Source: Candidatus Nealsonbacteria bacterium DGGOD1a (lineage in GTDB: Bacteria > Patescibacteriota > Minisyncoccia > Minisyncoccales > UBA5738). From it: a stretch of 64,000 nucleotides of DNA. The stretch is from NCBI GenBank assembly GCA_022530585.1, contig CP092821.1, positions 1,025,509 through 1,089,508 on the forward strand, read 5' to 3'. The notes under the pieces were generated by a model that did no database searches, had not been told where the DNA came from, and saw nothing but the letters and a program-made list of their open reading frames with translations. A program made the translations under genes and the position numbers. This document shows positions 31,323-40,217 of this stretch, in pieces; position 1 is the first letter of the stretch, and every line of letters begins with the position of its first letter.

Positions 31323-31326
31323 CTTT

Positions 31327-32268
31327 TTATTTTACCAAATCCGCCGCCGCCGACAGAATTTTTTGGGTATCGGCAATAATTTCGTCAACAATCTCCCGGC
31401 AAGTTTTTATTTCTTTGATCCCTCCCGCGCAAGTGCCGCACAATAGCGGCGACAAATCGGCGTTCGCGCCGCCTTTGTTGCCGGCGAACCGTTCAGATTT
31501 GATTTCTTCGGGGAACGGATTTTTTTCCTCGATCTTGCGCACCGATTCAACGAATTTGTTATTGATCATCCGTACCGGATGGCCGGTAAAACGCGCCACC
31601 ACCGCGATATTCTCATCGGCGGCGTTAATCACCGCCTTCTTATAGCTTTCGCTCACCTGACACTCGGTCGCCGCCAAGAATCGGGTGCCGATCTGTACGC
31701 CATCGGCGCCCAAAACCATTGCGGCGGCCATTGCCCGTCCGTCGCAAATTCCGCCGGCGGCGATCACCGGAATATCTTTAACCATTCCGGCGGCCTGCGG
31801 CACCAAACACATTGTCGTGCTTTCGCCGATATGCCCGCCGGATTCAAGCCCCTCCACCACCACCGCGTCCGCACCCGCCTGCTCCATTTTCACCGCCAAA
31901 CGCGCGTAAGGCACCACGGGAATAATTTTAACGCCCGCCTGTTTCAAAAACGGCATTAACGACACCGGGTTGCCGCCGCCGGTGAACACAACCGGAACTT
32001 TATTGGCAATGATCGCCTTGACCAGTTCGGAAACATTCGGGTTTTGCAATAAAAGGTTCACGCCAAACGGCTTGCCGGTCAACAGCTTGGTTTTTTTAAT
32101 TTCTTCATCCAGCCAAGCGGCCGACGCGAATCCCGATCCGATCACGCCCAACCCCCCGGCATTGGAAACCGCGGAAGCCAGAACCGATTCCGAAACGCCC
32201 GCCATGCCGCCTTGGATGACCGGATACTTGATATTCAAAAGTTTTGCGAGTTTATTGTTTTCAAACAT
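31327..32268 (-). CDS. fabK: Enoyl reductase FabK / nitronate monooxygenase family
   Basis: IQGGMAG, VSNAGGLG, EGLESGGHIG, IAAGGI, QIGTRF. Confidence 0.85.
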   Translation of the reverse strand: MFENNKLAKLLNIKYPVIQGGMAGVSESVLASAVSNAGGLGVIGSGFASAAWLDEEIKKTKLLTGKPFGVNLLLQNPNVSELVKAIIANKVPVVFTGGGNPVSLMPFLKQAGVKIIPVVPYARLAVKMEQAGADAVVVEGLESGGHIGESTTMCLVPQAAGMVKDIPVIAAGGICDGRAMAAAMVLGADGVQIGTRFLAATECQVSESYKKAVINAADENIAVVARFTGHPVRMINNKFVESVRKIEEKNPFPEEIKSERFAGNKGGANADLSPLLCGTCAGGIKEIKTCREIVDEIIADTQKILSAAADLVK

Positions 32269-32276
32269 ATTCCAAA

Positions 32277-32415
32277 TTAAAAATGTAAATATCAAAAATC
32301 AGTTTGGTGGGCAGTTTTACTAAACTGATAATGACAATTTAAAATGTTAAAATGCCGCGTTTTAAAAATTTTGCGATTTTGCATTGTCATTTTTCATTTT
32401 GATTTTTCAATTTTA
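32277..32415. repeat. AT-rich intergenic palindromic repeat
   Basis: 32280-32338 matches 37426-37484 (59 bp, one mismatch); related ends at about 4557-4678, 5445 and 36104-36227. Confidence 0.7.
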
Positions 32416-33939
32416 AACAATCAATGGTTCTTTGGCCAGAATCGCGTTGGCTTCTCCGACCAATTCTTTGATTAATTTTTTGACCGTGGTGATTTCTTTC
32501 ACGCGCCAGACATTTGACCCGGCGAAAACAATACCGTTCTCGACATCGCCTTTGCGCGCGTTCTCCAGCGCCTTCAAAATACAATAGCTCTTGTCGCAAA
32601 CCGGCCCGATACAGCCCTGACATTCGGCGGGGTTGGGCTTGGGCGCCGTACCGGCCTCCACTTTATCCGAAAACGGCGTGCGGATCGCGCGGCCGGGCAA
32701 CCCGACCGGCGAATGGACAATGATGCTGTCTTCCTTTTTGGCGTTAATATGCGCTTCCTTGAATTTGATGTTGGCGTCGCATTCTTCGGTGGAAACAAAG
32801 CGCGTTCCCAATTGCACTCCCACCGCGCCCGCGCGCATCATTTCCACGATATCGGCGCCGGTGAAAATCCCGCCCGCCGCAATCAGCGGAACCTTAATGC
32901 CCGCCGCCGCGACTTCTTTTAAAATATCGATCATTTTGCGGAAAGGGATTCCGTGCGGGAATCCAAGATGTCCGGCCGCGTCCGCGCCCACGACAATGAT
33001 TGCCGCCGCGCCCGCGTCCTGCGCTTTCTGCGCGACTTTGGCCGAAGAAGCCAGGGAGAATATCGGAGTGTTGCTGTCGCGCGCCATTTCAAAAATATCT
33101 TTTCGGAAACCCGCGCCTTGGACGATCAAATCAACTTTTTCCTCAATCGCGGCCTGAACCAATTGTTGGAAACGGCCAACCACCCCCATAATGTTGATGC
33201 CGATCACTCCGTCGGCGCCGGCAATTTTCCGCGCCTGGCTGATTTCGCTTTTCAATTCTTCGGGATCTCTCATCCCGGAAGCGGCCACAAGCCCCACGCC
33301 GCCCTCTTTGGCCACATTCCCCGCCAAATTGTGCAATGACACGCGCACCGCCATTCCGCCCTGAATAATCGGATATTTAGCCGTCCAGTGCGCGATTTTT
33401 AACGGCGGCAACTCATAAAGTTTCGCGCCGGTCTTTTGCGCCGAAGTAATCGCCGAAACCGGCTGAACCGCGGCGCGGTGAACAAAATTCCGTTTCATTT
33501 CTTCCTTATCCATAACCGCCACGGAAAATCTGACCTCGCATTTAAGAACGCCGCCCACATACGCCTCGCCGACAAAATTGGCGATCTTTGAATTATAAAC
33601 CCCCAAGAGCTGGACCCGGTATTTTATCCGATCGCCGGGAAGTATCGGCGAATAAAACATCGCTCCCCGGACCTGATAAGCCAGCAAATGTTTTTGCTTG
33701 TGGCTGTCGCCCAATTTCGTCCTCAACAAAAGCGTACCGGTCTGGGCGACGCCCTCAACCACCAAAACTCCCGGCATAATCGGAAAATCAACGAAATGCC
33801 CCTTAAAATAAGGATCCAGCGATAAAGTTTGTTTATAGCCGACAATAACATCCCCTTCTATTTTCTCGATTTCATCAACCCACAAAAAAGGGTCGTCGTA
33901 AGGAATTATCTGTTTGATTTGTTCTTTTGTGTATAACAT
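32413..33939 (-). CDS. Fusion of a FabZ-type hot-dog dehydratase and a FabK/FabX-like flavoprotein
   Basis: N-terminus PYFKGHFVDFPIMPGVLVVEGVAQ; C-terminus IIQGGMAV, AAGHLG, QLGTRF, SPVGLPGRA, CQGCIGPVCDKSYCI. Confidence 0.85.
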   Translation of the reverse strand: MLYTKEQIKQIIPYDDPFLWVDEIEKIEGDVIVGYKQTLSLDPYFKGHFVDFPIMPGVLVVEGVAQTGTLLLRTKLGDSHKQKHLLAYQVRGAMFYSPILPGDRIKYRVQLLGVYNSKIANFVGEAYVGGVLKCEVRFSVAVMDKEEMKRNFVHRAAVQPVSAITSAQKTGAKLYELPPLKIAHWTAKYPIIQGGMAVRVSLHNLAGNVAKEGGVGLVAASGMRDPEELKSEISQARKIAGADGVIGINIMGVVGRFQQLVQAAIEEKVDLIVQGAGFRKDIFEMARDSNTPIFSLASSAKVAQKAQDAGAAAIIVVGADAAGHLGFPHGIPFRKMIDILKEVAAAGIKVPLIAAGGIFTGADIVEMMRAGAVGVQLGTRFVSTEECDANIKFKEAHINAKKEDSIIVHSPVGLPGRAIRTPFSDKVEAGTAPKPNPAECQGCIGPVCDKSYCILKALENARKGDVENGIVFAGSNVWRVKEITTVKKLIKELVGEANAILAKEPLIV

Positions 33940-34075
33940 ATTTTTTATCGAACCCGCCCCGCCGGGCCAAAACCGGCGCGGAATTTGCCGAATTTGATTT
34001 GTACCATAAAAGTGCCGGCAAAGCAATCTTCACCGCCGCTTAATATTATAGCACTTAGTATGCCAAAACGGTCAA

Positions 34076-35290
34076 TTATGAATACAAATAATCCCGAGTC
34101 GGCGGCAGATCATTGTTGACTCCATTGGTAAAAGTTATCTGATACAATCGATTGCCGGCATTCTTAAAAGCGACCGCGCTGCCGTTCAAATAAAGCCGCC
34201 ACATCCGGATGAATTCCTCGGCCCGGATCCGATCTTTTATTTCTCGGGCCAAGACATTCTTCACTTCGGCGCCGGCCGCTTCAAAATTAGCGATCCAAAG
34301 ATCAAGCGTTTTGGCGTAATGCATCCGCAAATCTTCGACATCATAGAAAACCAACTCGGCTTTATTCATCGCGTCGGCAATCATTGCCAGCGTCGGAACA
34401 AACCCGCCCGGAAAAATGTATTTGGCGATAAACGGATCGGTCGCTCCCCCGAATCGGGAACCAATGGTGTGCAAAACGCCGATACCCGAAGGTTTAAGCG
34501 TCTTTTTAACCATTGAAAAAAAATCCGGATAATAGTTTTTCCCCACATGCTCGAACATTCCGATGGAAACAAACTTGTCAAAAACTCCCTGGACTTGGCG
34601 GTAATCTTTCAAATAAACCTTTATCTTGGCGCCCAAATTATTTTCTTTAATCTTTTGCGAAATGTATTCGTATTGGTTTTGCGACAATGTGCAACCGACG
34701 CAATCGGCGCCATAATTTTTCGCGGCGTGAAACATCATCCCTCCCCAACCGCAACCGACATCCAGCAATTTCTCTCCGCCTCGCAAGCAAAGTTTCTTGC
34801 AAATATAATCGTGTTTGTTCGCTTGCGCGATCTCCAGACTGTCGAAGCCGTTTTTAAAATACGCGCAGGAGTAAGTCATCGCCGGGTCAAGCCATAAAGA
34901 ATAAAAATCATTGCCGATATCATAATGATATTTGATATTCTTTTTTGAATCGCGGGCCGCCGCGCGCGCCAAAATCGCGTTTGCCAACACCCGGAGCTTT
35001 ACCCCCGGCGAGATGTTCCGATTAAGATCGCGCCAATGATCGTACAGCCCCAGCATCGCTTGCATATCTCCGGCAACCTCGATATTGCCGGCCATATATT
35101 CCTCGCCGAAACCCAATGTGCCGGCCGACAAAAACTTCTTTAACGCGCTTTCGCGACGAAAGATAATCTTGAATTTTTCCGTCCCCCGCCCATATTGTTT
35201 TTTTGTTTCATCCCAAAATTCGACCGAGAACGGCGTATGCGGCGCCCGTTCGCTGATGTTTTTAAGAATATCGTCTAAAATATTATCCAT
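34076..35290 (-). CDS. cfa: Cyclopropane-fatty-acyl-phospholipid synthase family
   Basis: HYDIGNDFY, MTYSCAYF, LDVGCGWG, SIGMFEHVG, YIFPGG. Confidence 0.92.
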   Translation of the reverse strand: MDNILDDILKNISERAPHTPFSVEFWDETKKQYGRGTEKFKIIFRRESALKKFLSAGTLGFGEEYMAGNIEVAGDMQAMLGLYDHWRDLNRNISPGVKLRVLANAILARAAARDSKKNIKYHYDIGNDFYSLWLDPAMTYSCAYFKNGFDSLEIAQANKHDYICKKLCLRGGEKLLDVGCGWGGMMFHAAKNYGADCVGCTLSQNQYEYISQKIKENNLGAKIKVYLKDYRQVQGVFDKFVSIGMFEHVGKNYYPDFFSMVKKTLKPSGIGVLHTIGSRFGGATDPFIAKYIFPGGFVPTLAMIADAMNKAELVFYDVEDLRMHYAKTLDLWIANFEAAGAEVKNVLAREIKDRIRAEEFIRMWRLYLNGSAVAFKNAGNRLYQITFTNGVNNDLPPTRDYLYS

Positions 35291-35343
35291 ATTTTTTGGT
35301 TATTCTTATGCCCGACCCGCTTTAATTTTGGATTGAACAAAAA

Positions 35344-36096
35344 TCACAGCCACAAACCGCCGTCGATATTGATGATGTCCCCGGTCACAAAACTTGCTTC
35401 GCTTGAAGCCAGAAACGCGATCACATTCGCCACTTCTTCGGGCTTGCCGGTCCGCGCCAATGAAGTTAATTTTTTCACCATCGCCTTGATGTCTTCGGGC
35501 ATCGCCTCGGTCATTTTCGACTCGATAAATCCCGGGGCCACCGCGTTAACGCGCACGCCGAATTTACCGACTTCTTTAGAAAGCGTCTTGGTAAATCCAA
35601 TGATGCCGGCTTTGGCCGCGGTGTAATTGGTTTGCCCGAAATTGCCCCGCAATCCCGAGAAAGACGACATACTCACGATATTGCCCTGATTGGCGATCAG
35701 CATCGGCAACGCGGTTTTTGAGCAGTTGAAAACGCTGGTCAAATTGATGTCAATCACGCGCTGCCATTCTTCCACGGTCATTTTCGCCAGCGTCCGGTCC
35801 TTGGCAATGCCCGCATTATTGATCAGAACATCCAAACGGCCGAATTCGGTTTGGATCGCGGCCATCATTTTTTCCACATCATCGTATTTGGAAACATCGG
35901 CCATAAAATATTTCGCGTCCGGCGCGGCCGCTTTTTTGGCTTCCTCAACCGCCGCCTTTAAATTTTCCTCTTGTGCCGCGATATCGTTAAACGCGATTTT
36001 CGCGCTCAATGAGGCGAATTTCAACGCGACCGCGCGCCCGATTCCCTGCGACGAACCGGTGATTAAAACAACTTTCCCGTCAAATATGTTTGCCAT
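35344..36096 (-). CDS. fabG: 3-oxoacyl reductase (SDR, FabG/PhaB-like)
   Basis: TGSSQGIG, NNAGI, GQTNYTAAKAG, VAPGFI, IDGG. Confidence 0.9.
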   Translation of the reverse strand: MANIFDGKVVLITGSSQGIGRAVALKFASLSAKIAFNDIAAQEENLKAAVEEAKKAAAPDAKYFMADVSKYDDVEKMMAAIQTEFGRLDVLINNAGIAKDRTLAKMTVEEWQRVIDINLTSVFNCSKTALPMLIANQGNIVSMSSFSGLRGNFGQTNYTAAKAGIIGFTKTLSKEVGKFGVRVNAVAPGFIESKMTEAMPEDIKAMVKKLTSLARTGKPEEVANVIAFLASSEASFVTGDIINIDGGLWL

Positions 36097-36228
36097 AGTT
36101 TTAATTAAAAATGTAAATATCAAAAATCAAAATTATGAGGATTCCAAAGGAAACATCCTTTGGTTGATGGCGGGGTTAATACCCCGGCATCAATGTATTT
36201 TTTTATTTTTGATTTTTCAATTTTAAAT

Positions 36229-37257
36229 TTAAAAGATTTCCGCTTGATATTGCACCTCCTTCACGCTTCTCCCCGCCACCGGTATGCCGGCGGCGGGAAT
36301 GTCTTTTATTATTTCCGGTATTTTAAACGACTGCGCCGCCTCGTTGAAAACCCGGTCCAGATTCCGGCCGGATTTGGCAGCCAAAACCAACCCCATAAAA
36401 GTGGTCAGTTTGTTCGACCGCTGGACATATTCGGCCTCGCCAATCGTGATGATATTTTTCAACACCGGTTCCAGGTTCGCGGCAATCTCCGCGTCCGAAG
36501 ACAAATATTTTTGGCCCAGATAATTTTCTTTTTTCAAAATTTTGAAAAGGTTTTCCGCGGCGCTTGCCCGCCCGATCTTTTCCATCGCCAGGTTAATCAC
36601 CAAGTCCGCATCCAAAACCGGCTTGGCGATTTCAAAGTTGCCGGATTTGACGAATTCGGCCGCGGCCAGATCAAGCGCGCTCACTTTCAATTTGGCTCCG
36701 GCATCGATCAAACCTGATTTTTGCGCGATCGCGACCACCGGCACTTCGTCAAAGCTTTGCCCGGCCACGATAATGTTTTCCGGCTCAACTCCGCGATCGA
36801 TAAGCATTCGCAAAACCGCGTTCAAAAATTCCGGGGATGTGTTGTCGCGAAAATAACCGTGGCTCGGCTTGGCCAATGTGGGCAGAACCACGATTTTTGA
36901 ACCTTTGCCGACATTGATGCCTCCGGCCAATTCCAGAACTTTCTCGATCCCTTCCCGAATATCGTATTTCACGCGCCATATCGCCACGGCGCCGGCATTC
37001 GGTTCGAATTTCAGTTCATCGCCGGTTTGGTATTCGATTTCCGATTTGTGGCCCCATGTGTTGCCCGCTTCGTCTCGCAAGAGTAAAATATAATACGGCA
37101 CATTGGGATGCAAAAGCGTCGGAATCGCCACTTTGATCGAACCAACCACCCGCGCGTTCCCGTTTTTCATTTTCTCCGGCGGCGCGAAACAGTAAGGACA
37201 CTCCGCCAAAGGATATTCCCACCGCCGCTTGCATTGTAAGCATTGATAAAAAGCCAT
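36229..37257 (-). CDS. DUF35-type (Zn-ribbon plus OB-fold) protein fused to a DUF362-like domain
   Basis: N-terminal CLQC...CPYC then VPYYILL (DUF35 pattern); remainder resembles a degenerate DUF362 (IEKVLELAGG, NTSPEFL, IIVAGQS). Confidence 0.65.
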   Translation of the reverse strand: MAFYQCLQCKRRWEYPLAECPYCFAPPEKMKNGNARVVGSIKVAIPTLLHPNVPYYILLLRDEAGNTWGHKSEIEYQTGDELKFEPNAGAVAIWRVKYDIREGIEKVLELAGGINVGKGSKIVVLPTLAKPSHGYFRDNTSPEFLNAVLRMLIDRGVEPENIIVAGQSFDEVPVVAIAQKSGLIDAGAKLKVSALDLAAAEFVKSGNFEIAKPVLDADLVINLAMEKIGRASAAENLFKILKKENYLGQKYLSSDAEIAANLEPVLKNIITIGEAEYVQRSNKLTTFMGLVLAAKSGRNLDRVFNEAAQSFKIPEIIKDIPAAGIPVAGRSVKEVQYQAEIF

Positions 37258-37285
37258 AAGTGTTTTATCGTTAGTATGTTTAACT

Positions 37286-37392
37286 ACCTTGAATTACGAA
37301 ACGCTTTGCATTTTGGGGTCGTTCCCCTGTGTAATCGCAGGGGTGCGACCCCTTCAATAGCATTTGGATTTAATAGTTTTGTAATTCAAGGT
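37286..37392. mobile_element. 107-bp MITE with IS982-type TIRs
   Basis: ACCTTGAATTACGAAAC / GTTTTGTAATTCAAGGT; near-identical to 14322-14428. Confidence 0.8.
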
Positions 37393-37565
37393 AATTATAG
37401 ATTTTAATTCTGCAACTTTTAATTTAAAATGTAAATATCAAAAATCAGTTTGGCGGGCAGTTTTACTAAACTGATAATGACAATGTAAAATTTAAAAATG
37501 TCTGATTATAGATATTTTAACATTTTAATCTGTCATTTTCCATTTTGATTTTTCAATTTTAATTT

Positions 37566-38084
37566 TTGATGAGAACCTATTTTTTACCGGAAAAATCGCG
37601 GACGAAAATGCAAAAAGTCTGGGGCAAGCCGCTGTTCGGAACCGAAGAAGAAATCAAAGCCCGCTATCAAAAGATATTGGACAAAAATAAATACAAGACC
37701 GTGATCACCGTGGGCGATTACTGTTCGCATCATTTGCCATCCGATATCAAAATTTTCGACAAAAAAGTCCGGCGCAAAGCATTCGCTCAAAAACACGAAT
37801 GCTCCCTGAATGTTAAAAATCCCGCCGGCACCATCCAAAAAGAAAGCTGGGATGCCATTCGGCAAGCAATTAAAAAAAGAGTCAATGTTTGTGTTGACGG
37901 CGAAGAAGATTTGCTGGTGATCCCGGCGGTGATTTTGGCCAAACCCAAAACTTTGGTCGTCTACGGCTACCCCAACAAAGGTATTTGCCTTTTGGAAGCC
38001 AACCTGAAAAACAAAACTATCTTCCGCCTTATCCTAAAAAAATATTTTGCCACTGAATCCAAGCGAGGGTCTATCCCCCGTTAA
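37566..38084 (+). CDS. GTP-dependent dephospho-CoA kinase (archaeal DUF359 family)
   Basis: ITVGD, IFDKKVRR, NPAGTI, VDGEEDLLVIP, VVYGYP..G. Confidence 0.82.
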   Translation: MMRTYFLPEKSRTKMQKVWGKPLFGTEEEIKARYQKILDKNKYKTVITVGDYCSHHLPSDIKIFDKKVRRKAFAQKHECSLNVKNPAGTIQKESWDAIRQAIKKRVNVCVDGEEDLLVIPAVILAKPKTLVVYGYPNKGICLLEANLKNKTIFRLILKKYFATESKRGSIPR

Positions 38085-38350
38085 CGCGGGGGTTAGTCCC
38101 TCGCACCCATTAGCGCGATGGTAAATTTAATTTTCGTCAACATTGACCCCAACATTAAAATTTGATAAACAATCATAATATGTTCATTCACAACTGAACA
38201 AATTAACAATATTAACCTCTGGTAAGTGATAAGTTATGGCGCCAAGAATCTTTGAAAAAGGATTTTTCGCGCCATAACTTACGGAGATGCCTTCATTTCC
38301 GCAAAATGGTGAATGTATCGCCGAACTGAACAATACCAATGGAGGTGTAA

Positions 38351-38803
38351 ATGAGCCTTCTACTTATGGTGGCGGCGGTCGCATTGGCTCTTCTCTTGAG
38401 CCTCAACAACAAGGACGCTATCGTTGCCGTTGCACCGCGACCACCCGGATTAGCCGCTCCGCCCAACGCCGGCATGCATAATGGGATGAGGGGCTTAATA
38501 TCTAGAATAAGATATATATCGCTTGAGAGATTATTCTGCAATCTACTGGCTCTGGCCGACTACATGGAGGAATATTTAGGCATCCGCAGATGCACAAATC
38601 GCTTTGATGCCTCTGCCCTGTTGCTCAACCTATCCAGAATCGTATCTCCAAAATTCGCCACCATAAATCTGAGATCCCAAAGCGGCAAACCAATGACAAG
38701 CTCTACCTTTGTCGCCAACGCCGCTACGCGGATCATTTCCTTCGTAGGACAGATTACGAGCCACATGTTGCCGACCGGAGACAAACGGTCGGACTGGGTC
38801 TAG
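38351..38803 (+). CDS. Orphan hypothetical protein with an N-terminal hydrophobic segment
   Basis: GGAGGTG Shine-Dalgarno before the ATG; no recognisable domain. Confidence 0.4.
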   Translation: MSLLLMVAAVALALLLSLNNKDAIVAVAPRPPGLAAPPNAGMHNGMRGLISRIRYISLERLFCNLLALADYMEEYLGIRRCTNRFDASALLLNLSRIVSPKFATINLRSQSGKPMTSSTFVANAATRIISFVGQITSHMLPTGDKRSDWV

Positions 38804-38949
38804 CCGGCCCGTGAGAAATCATAAGTCAACAAATTTTTTCAAATTTTTTTGGACAATGTTGGCTTTTTCTTTTTTCAAAAAGCACCATGAGATTTATAAC
38901 AAAATTGCGCCGGATAATCCGGCGCAATTTTGTTTTTAATTCCAAAAAA

Positions 38950-39141
38950 TCATTTTTTAATGATAGCAACAATCGCCGATACCGCAAAAATCGCGACGAA
39001 AGTATAGGCAACCTTGATGAGCAAATCCTTTGCCGCGGAATTTTCTATCACATCCCAGATCGCCAGTATCGCGATTGATAATGCCACCGCCAAAAACAAT
39101 GTTAAACAAAACAACGCTACCGCTTTGATGTTTTTTAACAT
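38950..39141 (-). CDS. Small two-TM membrane protein
   Basis: MLKNIKAVALFCLTLF...; two hydrophobic helices. Confidence 0.55.
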   Translation of the reverse strand: MLKNIKAVALFCLTLFLAVALSIAILAIWDVIENSAAKDLLIKVAYTFVAIFAVSAIVAIIKK

Positions 39142-39193
39142 TTTTTTATTTTTTATTCTCGCGCCAAAAACCAAACCGGCGTAATTCTAAACT

Positions 39194-39364
39194 ACTTTGA
39201 ATTACGAAATTGTGTTTTGCATTATTCTCCCTTTGGAAAAGGGAGCACTTTGAGCGAAGCGAAAAGGAGGGATTTGAAGTTTGAATTAAGGAATCCTCCG
39301 GCGCCGCCGTAGCAGGGCCACCTCCTTTTCCAAAGGAGGAATAAATTCGTTTCGTAATTCAAAG
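39194..39364. mobile_element. MITE with IS982-type TIRs and a different internal hairpin
   Basis: ACTTTGAATTACGAAA / TTTCGTAATTCAAAG; AAACT on both flanks. Confidence 0.72.
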
Positions 39365-39384
39365 AAACTAACAAAATTAGATAG

Positions 39385-39804
39385 TCAGAGATTGAAATAT
39401 TTTTCGACAATATTGGCAAATTCGGACAGATCGTTTATGTCTTCAATTATCGCCTTATAAATAATTCCGAAATCAAGATTTTCATAATCGTGAGCCACGA
39501 CATTGCGAAATTTTGCCATTTCAACCAATTTTTTCTCCAATTTTTGCGGAATAACTTTCTCCTCACCCAAAATATAAAAAATTTCTGAATATGTCCCCGG
39601 TTTGCGAAAATCTTTAAACGAAATCACCGCTTCTCCCAAATCGAGCGCCGCCTGGCACGCCAAATACAAATACCTTTCCGCCGAACCGCGCAAAAACACA
39701 TCCGATTTAATTTCTTCAATGGAATATTTTTCATAATTGCCAAGTAATTTTATGTATTTTTTTACCGCACTGATTTTCCTTATGACAGTATTGATATCAA
39801 CCAT
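39385..39804 (-). CDS. HEPN (DUF86/HepT) toxin
   Basis: FRNVVAHDY Rx4H motif. Confidence 0.9.
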   Translation of the reverse strand: MVDINTVIRKISAVKKYIKLLGNYEKYSIEEIKSDVFLRGSAERYLYLACQAALDLGEAVISFKDFRKPGTYSEIFYILGEEKVIPQKLEKKLVEMAKFRNVVAHDYENLDFGIIYKAIIEDINDLSEFANIVEKYFNL

Positions 39805-39805
39805 A

Positions 39806-40198
39806 TTATTTTGCGAAATTAAACCTTAGAAATGATTCCCTCAAATCAAAGTACTCGCTCATAATTGCCGTTTCCACGGCAACTTTGAAAAATTCCTTTT
39901 GGAAAAGCAATATCCCGTCTTTGATCGCGGCATATTTGAGAAAAGGGCTTTCGGTGTCATTGATCACCGCCACATCAACGGCGTTGGTCTGTAATATGGA
40001 AGTCAATTTGCCAATCAAATATAATTTGATATCAAATCTTTTTTGCGCATCATTTTCATCCAAATAAACCGCGAAATCGTAATCGCTCAACGGTCCCGCG
40101 TCACCGCGCGCTTGCGAACCGAAAATATACAGCAATTTTACTTGCGGATATTCTTGGCACAAGTTTATTATTTTTTCTATAATTTCTTTGGATAACAT
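39806..40198 (-). CDS. Minimal nucleotidyltransferase (MntA) antitoxin
   Basis: IFGSQARG...SDYDFAV...VDV. Confidence 0.9.
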   Translation of the reverse strand: MLSKEIIEKIINLCQEYPQVKLLYIFGSQARGDAGPLSDYDFAVYLDENDAQKRFDIKLYLIGKLTSILQTNAVDVAVINDTESPFLKYAAIKDGILLFQKEFFKVAVETAIMSEYFDLRESFLRFNFAK

Positions 40199-40217
40199 AT
40201 TGCTCTATCTCAACATT

